From: Lama guanicoe
Taxonomy: Eukaryota
Reading direction: 5' to 3'
Length of the DNA: 64,000 nucleotides
Assembly: GCA_013239625.1 (NCBI GenBank)
Contig: MU054323.1
Location: 10,199,186-10,263,185 of the forward strand
Shown one piece after another: positions 55,902 to 64,000 of the stretch. Both the position numbers and the translations under genes were made by a program. Under the pieces are notes generated by a model, which made no database searches, was not told the origin of the DNA, and worked only from the letters and a program-made list of their open reading frames with translations. Within the stretch, counting starts at the first letter, position 1. Each line of letters starts with the position of its first letter.

Positions 55902-56920
55902 TTAACGCAGAGAGGTGGGTGCCCAAGTCTCAACACACATGCACATCAGCAGGGCATGCAGTCGGGCAGGGAGGGGCCCCAAGGGCAGGGGCGGTGCGGA
56001 GGGAAGGGAGGCTCAGGGCACAGGGGCTGCACCTGGGGCTGGACTCAGTAGATTTAGATGCTCGATAGTGGGTGTATGGGGCACTTTCTCCTCCAGGTCC
56101 AGGCTAACTCTCGCTGGGGTCTCCACCCTTTTGCTGGGGCCCCCCAGGAAGCAGTCTATGTGAGCAAGAGTTGGAAGAGTTCTAGTCTCCACAGGCTGGA
56201 TTGGCCCCTTGGCCCCTCTTCCAGGCCGGGGCAGCAGCACAGAGGAGTGGCTCTCCTGTTCCATGGGGTCAGGGTTGGGTTGAGGGGATGGGTCCCTGTG
56301 CCTTCAGGCTCCTGTCCCTCCTTTTAGCAGGGGCTGGGTTATTTTTGGGCTTCCCCCTTGGGCTCCTCCCACCCACCCAGGGCTTGGAAAGAAGAGCGTC
56401 TGGTTAACACAGGCATCTTATACACAGCGTAAAGCAAAACATAGACAGAACATCACAGTGCGTGCATGCATCGTGTCCTAATCTGTGGGGGTGGGGGAGC
56501 CATCATCTCCCAGCCTCTCAGCTTCAGAAGGCTCGTCTGCTCTGCTCAGAAGCCCCGTCTGCTCTGCTCAGAAGCCCAGAGGAGAACAGGGCTAGGAGCC
56601 AGCTGCTTGCTGAAGGGCTGGGCTGGGACTGCCCACAGTTGCCCTCAAGAGGAGCGCCCATCAGTACGGGGAGTGGTGCCCTTCTGGAAGCTGGTGGGCT
56701 GGGGCAGGGGAGGGAAAGTGGAGAGTCTCTGAAGCCAGAGTCTGCAAACCAGGTCCTTAGGGAGCCGGCTTGGCAAGGACTTGGGCCAGGCCTTCCAAAG
56801 GGAGGCACAGGACAGGGGAGTCTGGCCTCCAAGGTTCTCATGCCAGTGTGTCCTTGGAGGTGACTCAGAGAATAGTCTGGGAAGCCAAAGTCCCTTTATC
56901 ATCGGCGTTGGGGGAGATCA

Positions 56921-57361
<441 letters not shown>

Positions 57362-57879
57362 TCAGTGAGGACGCTGGCTAGGTTCAGTCGGCTACTCGGT
57401 CTGGCAAAGGAAGCAGGACTCGTGTGCTTCGAGGGGAGCTTTCCCCAGCTCCAGCACCGAGGAGACCTGTCTTCAGGGGGTCTGGGGGCTTCAGAGTCCA
57501 CGGCTGGAAAACCCAGGGTATACTCTTTGCCCTAGGGAGACCAGCTTTGGCCACAGGTGTGCATGTCCAGATGGAAGCGCGCCTCATACCCCTTCCTGTC
57601 AGGCCTCTGGCTCAAAAGCCCAGGGGTGTGTTTGGTTAGGAATGGGGAGGTGGGGGAAGGGTGGCATGACTACTAAGCTTGTTCCTCTGCCCTCCCTCTA
57701 TGCCTGCCAACTCCTGAAGTGCTGGGCCTTCGTTTCATCAACCGCTTCCCATCCCAACAAGAACCAGGACTCACCGGTCCTTAGGCAGCCAACTGTCAAA
57801 ACCCTGCTGAGGTCACTGCACTGAAATTCCCAGCAGGAATCCTAGACTAGACATCAGATAACTCAAAGGGTTTTAACCG

Positions 57880-58010
57880 TTTACTGGGCAAGAACTTCCT
57901 CGGTCTGAGCCTCAGTTTCCTCAGCTGTAACTTGGAGATAATGAGACTCACCTCATGGGTTAGTTTCAAAGGAGACTGTGAGTGTGTAAACTGTCTTATA
58001 AACCACTAAA
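57880..58010 (+). mobile_element. MIR fragment
   Basis: ctgggcaag..acttcctc..tctgagcctcagtttcctcagctgtaa..tggagataatga..ctcacctcatgggtt. Confidence 0.7.
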
Positions 58011-59872
58011 TGGAGGGATCGCTGGGCATTTGTGAGGCAGGACACACGCGTGCAGGCCTCACACTCTGAAGCTCGAGCAGAGTCTTGCCTGCCTGCTTCT
58101 AAGGAGCTGCTCCAAGTCAAGGGCAAAGAGGGCTGGGGTGGGGGTGGGGATGCTCTGCCTACAAAGCTAGCAGCTGGAGCTGTGCTTCCCAGAGCCTGGG
58201 GCTGTTTGAACTCTTGCAAAGGAAATGTTCTTTACAGAGCTAAGTTGAATGCAATTTTTTCTTAAGGCCACAAGCTGACACAATAAGTCTGTCCTGAGGC
58301 CCTTGAAATTCCAAGACCCCCATGTTGTTTTGTAAGACATTTCAAGAGCCAGTCAACTCCAAATGACCCAGAGGCCATTTCTGCTCCAGCGGATGATGGG
58401 GGGCGGGAACTGGGAGAAACAGCAGGGGTAAGTCTGCTGGAACCATGAGGGTTACTCTGCCTGGAAGGGTCACCTGGGAGAACTTGTGGCCAAGGTTCTT
58501 CTGGACCCAGAGGGGGCAGCAGAGGGACGTCTAGGTGGGGGAAGCTGCAGACATGGATGACTATCATGCTAGAAAGAGGGAGACCGGTTTCAGGAAATGA
58601 GACCAAGGTCAAGAAGAAGCTGGAGTCTAGAACCCGGACAAGCAGAGCTGAATCGAGCCCCCCGGGCAAGCGGTGGGGACCTTCTATCAGCTTCAGAAGC
58701 TGCTGGCCTTGGGTTTCTAGTGTCAGGCCTCCCTTCTGCCAGCCTTTTGTCAAGGCTGTTGATGTCACCTGGCGGAGGGAAGGCCCCTCAGGTCCCTTAG
58801 CCGGAAGTGCGCTCTGGCAGCTGTGCAGGGCCGTGAGCAGCACAGTAAACAAACGAGGCTGAGACGGGCCTGCTTCCACGTCGCCCTCCTTGCCCTGCCC
58901 CAGCGCCCTGCCCTTTTCTCCTGCACAGCCCCTGGCTAAGTTGGTCTCTGACCCCCCCCCAACCCTACCACGCTGCCTTCAAGCAAATGTATGGAAAAGA
59001 AAACAATGGGTATAAAAATAGAAATAAGCCAACAACCATGTTTTACAAAATGGATTGCGTAGGACAGAGTTCGGCCATCTTGGGGAAAAAGCCACCAATT
59101 CTCTATGAGCTTGTTGACACTTCTGTAACGTGAAAATAATATGTCTGGAAAACCCCACAGAACTGTTTTGAAAAGCACACGTACAATAGATGCGGAAGCG
59201 CTTTGCGATTAGTAAATGCTGGACGGGTGTCTGGGTGCTGTAAATATCACTGGGGGTGACTCCTGAACGCTGTGGACCCAATGGCTGTTTCACCTTCTTC
59301 TATCTCTAGCCATCTCTCAACTGAAGAGAAAGTTTTGAGTATTTATTTTAGTTAATCTCAACTCTTAAATGCCTTCAAAAATCCTCCCTCAGTCTGACTG
59401 TGGAGAAGAGAAAATATAAAGATGAACTGCATTTTCTCTTTAGAGACAGCTGACTTCAGAGGGATCAGAGAATTGACATCCCCTTCGGTGTCTGTCCCCT
59501 ATTTCTGTGTGATTGGCTTTCACTAAGGGAAGCAGAAAGCCCAGCCATGGAGGTTCCAGAAAGAGCTCTTCCAGTGAGGAGATGTGTGAGCTGGCAGCCC
59601 GGGGCCTGGAAGTACGAACAAAACACAGGGGCCTGGGCAGGGGACTCTGCCCAGATTTCTTCCACCGGCTCACGTCCAGTTGCATTTGGAAAAGCATGGG
59701 GAGGGTTGGACTGGTGGTCTGAAGGCTGCTGCCTGCCTCATTTTCTCAGTGACCTTCTGCAAGTCCAAACCCCAGGTCAGCAAGGTGACCTTTGGGTGCC
59801 CAAGACGTGGCTTCCTCTCTTGATCCTGGTACCAATATCCAGAGCTCCCAGCAACTCAAGGACCTGTGACTA

Positions 59873-60184
<312 letters not shown>

Positions 60185-60672
60185 TCAATGTGTCCGAGTG
60201 TTTGCTGGGCAGTGGGTGACATCTCGGTGGTCTGAGGGCTCTGATCTCCTGGTACAACAACCCGTCAGCTCCTCCCTGCAGCCCCCTACCCCCAGCTCCT
60301 GTATCAGTCCGGGTTCAACAAGAGAAGCAAAAGCAATAGGAGATATAAATACATATGAATACCAGGAGGGGAGGCTCGGTCTCAGAGACCCTTTATACAG
60401 CCTCTTTTCTGAAGCATCTCATTAGCCTTAGGGGGCTGGGGGGTGGCGCCCAGAAGCAGGTCTCCCCGCTTTCCTTCCTCTGCACTCTCAAGGGTCTCAA
60501 ACTGAGTCCTCAGCATCACTGTCCCTGCAGGAGGACCTAGTGGGAAACCTTTGCCTGTTTTTGATGATGTCAGAAAAGTCCACCTTAGAATAGAGGAGGG
60601 CACAGTGGGACCCTGTGGAACTCTGAAGCAGGATGGCAAAGGCCTGTGTGGTGAAATCGGGCCGGTACATCA

Positions 60673-61026
<354 letters not shown>

Positions 61027-62799
61027 TTACCTCCCAGCAGACAGATTGTCTGTGTGTAAAGATAGGGTTTGATGATCTCTCAAATAGCTTTCAGTGGAGC
61101 TGAGGAGACAGAAATTACACACAGATAACTGTCAATCTGGGGCAGTACTGGAGAAGGACTACAGAGACAGCTTAGGTAGAAAATGCATGAGAAGTTGAGG
61201 AGAGACAGACTTTGTTGCTGACTGCTGATCAAGGAGGACTGCCTGGGGGAGGTGGTATTCAGTTGGGCCTTAAAGGACAAGGAGATTTTTAAACACAGAG
61301 AATGGGGGAAAGTTAGAACATTGCCGGGGAGGAGAGCAGCATGACCCCAGAGGGAAGGAGGTGAGTCGGGTATTTGGGGAAAAAGTACAAGGAAGTCTCT
61401 TTGGCTCAGAAAAGTCCATCTTAGGACAGAGAGACGGTCTGGGAGGACCTGCGAGGATCCACTGGACTCTGAAGAGGGTATGACAAAGGCCCTATGTGGT
61501 GAGACAGGGCTGGAGAGAGTGTAACTGGGAGTGGGTGGAGGGAACGAAACCTGCGGTCAGATCATGGCCAGAGGCCTTGAAGACAAACAGAGAAGGAGGT
61601 GGACTTCATTCTCTAGGCAGTGAAGTGTCACTGAGGTTTTTTGAGAAGTTGCAGTTTGAAGCATCATGGAAAGAGAAAAAAAAACAGTGCGAGGCCAATG
61701 GATCTTATTCCACTCGGTGTGCGCCCAGGCATCTGCGAGTCTCTAGGGTGAGCTAGAAATTCCTGTGACCCAGAATCCTGGAATCCCAGAATAAAGGGGG
61801 CAGCGTTTCAAGAACAGCCGCTCTGCTTGTCGGTCACAGCAGCTAGGACGAACTCTCCACACATTGGCCTGACCTCAGAGAAAAATGACTTCTCTTTCAC
61901 TTAATAGAAGAAAGGCCAATAAAACATCAAATTTTCATCAAATGTTGCTGTGTAACCAGCCGGTGGACATGGCAATTCATCTCGAGCCATTCCTTATGCT
62001 AAAGCACTCGAGGGTGCCGGGAATGAGTACTAGAGAAATTTCCAGATAAATAGCTGAGATGCAATTTGTTTTATGGCATTTTGGATTTAATGATGGAAAT
62101 AATTTGATATTTTTTAGAGTGGATTTAGCGTGGGTGGAAGGCTCCGAATTGCTGTTGTAGAGAGCTGACATTTCTCCTGTGTGTGGGCAGGGCCGTCCAG
62201 AGCTGGGTTGCGGGGGCAGGCAGCGTGGTGTGGAGTCTGCCGGCAGGAAACCCCAACTGCTGCCTGGGGAGGGCCCCAGAGGCAAGGCGCATGTCCTGAG
62301 GGCCCAGCTGGGGACCAGGGATGGAAATGTATGCTGCCAGCGGGGCAGAGCAGAGCACAGAATACGGGGTCCAGTCTCGCTCCCAGCTCTCCCAGAGACT
62401 TGCTGGACCATGGTGGTGATGCACCTCACCTGCCTGGATCTGCCTCTGCTGTAAACTGGGGAGCTGCCCAGTGTCAACCAGTGATGCTAAGAAGGTCCCA
62501 CCGCTCAGACTCTGCTCCCTTTCCTCTTCTCCTCTGCCCAGCAACAGTGGGGCTCCCACCCCTTGGGGATGCCCTCTTCCTATGAACAGAGTCTGCGGAC
62601 GGCTGGAGATTGCTGGAGGGAGCAGCTGGACTGAAGGATGGCCTATTGTCTAACCTGAGCCCAGCTGCACACCCATTCCCCGCTGACCCAGCTCAGGGGT
62701 CTCCTTTGAACTGGGGAGCGGGGCAGGGAAGAACCGATTTGACTCTCAGTCTGCGTCTTGCTGGGCCCAGCAGCACATCTGGAGGAGCGGGTCACTTTT

Positions 62800-63905
62800 C
62801 CATGGTTTGCTTTCTTCGCCTGACTTCCACGAGGCCACACCCTCTGGAATCTCTCCTACATCACTGGCTCCTCTCCCCTCTGCCTCCTTTGTCGGTTCCT
62901 CTTTCCTTGACCTCTAAATACTGGGGGCTCACTCCATCCTTGGCCTTCTCTGTGTTTGGGCTGATTTCTCTGAGACTTGTATCTCCTTTCTAGACCTCTT
63001 TCCTGAGCTCCAGCAGTCTGTCTCCCATTGTCTACCGGCAGTCCCCACTTGGCTGTCTACCAGATCAACATAACTCGGTACGTCTGACATTGAACTCCCG
63101 CTCTTGCCCCCAACCCTGCTCCTTCCTCAGCGTTCCCCAACTCAGGTGATGGCAGCTCCCTCCCTCTGGTGGCTTGGGCACATTTCTTGAATTTTATATT
63201 CTAAGTATGCCCAGAATTCAACCACTTTTCACTATCTTTGCTGTTACCGTCTTCATCCAAGCCACCATCATCTCTTGTCTGGATTAATGTAATAGCCATT
63301 GAATTAATTGCCCTGACTTCTCCCTTGGGCCCAAGAGGTCTATTCTCCATAGAGTAGGCAGAGGAACCTTTTAATATGCAAATCACTTCAGGTCACTATT
63401 CGGCTCAACGCCCTCTCATGGCTTAAATACATTCTTCTGATGGTCTGACCCAGTCTTGCCTACTTCTCTCTCCCTCCTGCTCCCCCCACTCACCCTGGCT
63501 GTTTCCTGAGCATGCCAGGCACGCTCCACCTCCGGCACTCGGCCTCTGCTCTGCCAGAGCCCCCACATATTTTCCTGGTTCAGTCCCTCACCTCTTTCAG
63601 GAGTCCACTCAGCTGTCATTCCAGTAGGCTTCCTCTGACCACCCTATTTAAAACTGCAACCTGCCTCTGAACTCCGGCACACCCGACATCCCCCTACCCT
63701 ACTTCTAGTCACCCTCGCCCTGTCTCTTCTGGATGTCCCGATCACGTTTCCTAACTAGTTACTGTCTGTTTGTCCCTCCTCCCTGGTGTGAATGTAGACT
63801 CCTCGAGAGCAAAGGATCTTCCTTTTGTTCCTGGGTATATCCCAAGTTCCTGGAACAGTGACTGGCATATAGTAGGTACTCAGTAAATATTTGCTGAATA
63901 CATTT
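62800..63905 (+). mobile_element. L2 LINE 3' portion including the tail
   Basis: ccaagccaccatcatctcttgtctggatta..aatagcc; ends gaatgtaga.ctcctcgagagca..cctggaacagtgactggcatatagtaggtactcagtaaatatttgctgaat. Confidence 0.85.
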
Positions 63906-64000
63906 GAAAGACTTGGGAACTGTCTGCGTGTGAACTGGCCCCTAAGAATATTTGTCTTGCAAGTGATGGGAATGCTAGCATCTAAAATTTAGACTGATGG

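Noticed and set aside
58262..58879. 205-aa minus-strand ORF in intron 15 (similar 160-190 aa ORFs at 31128, 47723, 61977)
   Set aside because: Low-information translation of GC-rich intron; no homology or convincing splice signals.

Overview
Mammalian genomic DNA, probably a camelid judging from the L1 3' end at 11549-11681 (inference). The window holds the 3' half of the ALK receptor tyrosine kinase gene on the minus strand: 16 exons matching human exons 14-29, all with GT-AG boundaries, giving an uninterrupted 2490-nt frame (829 aa + stop). It covers the Gly-rich and EGF-like regions, the TM helix, the whole kinase domain and the C-tail, followed by a 3'UTR with AATAAA near 6251. Two kinase-domain introns are enlarged by retroelements. 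Intron 26 has a ~6 kb decayed L1 nested in an older L1, an ERV1 solo LTR and a tiny L1 insertion with a perfect TSD. Intron 23 has a 12.8 kb nest of three ERV1-type insertions, each with its own 4-bp TSD, inside a split MIR. Intron 19 keeps an ALK-sense LTR16-type element at the position of the human ALK-ATI promoter. A ~235-bp imperfect palindrome in intron 25 is not explained by a repeat I can name. No CRISPR array, tRNA or rRNA gene is supported. Most ORF-track entries are spurious or retroelement remnants. I found no demonstrably new biological system; the best leads are retroelement-driven ALK isoforms and the intron-25 hairpin.
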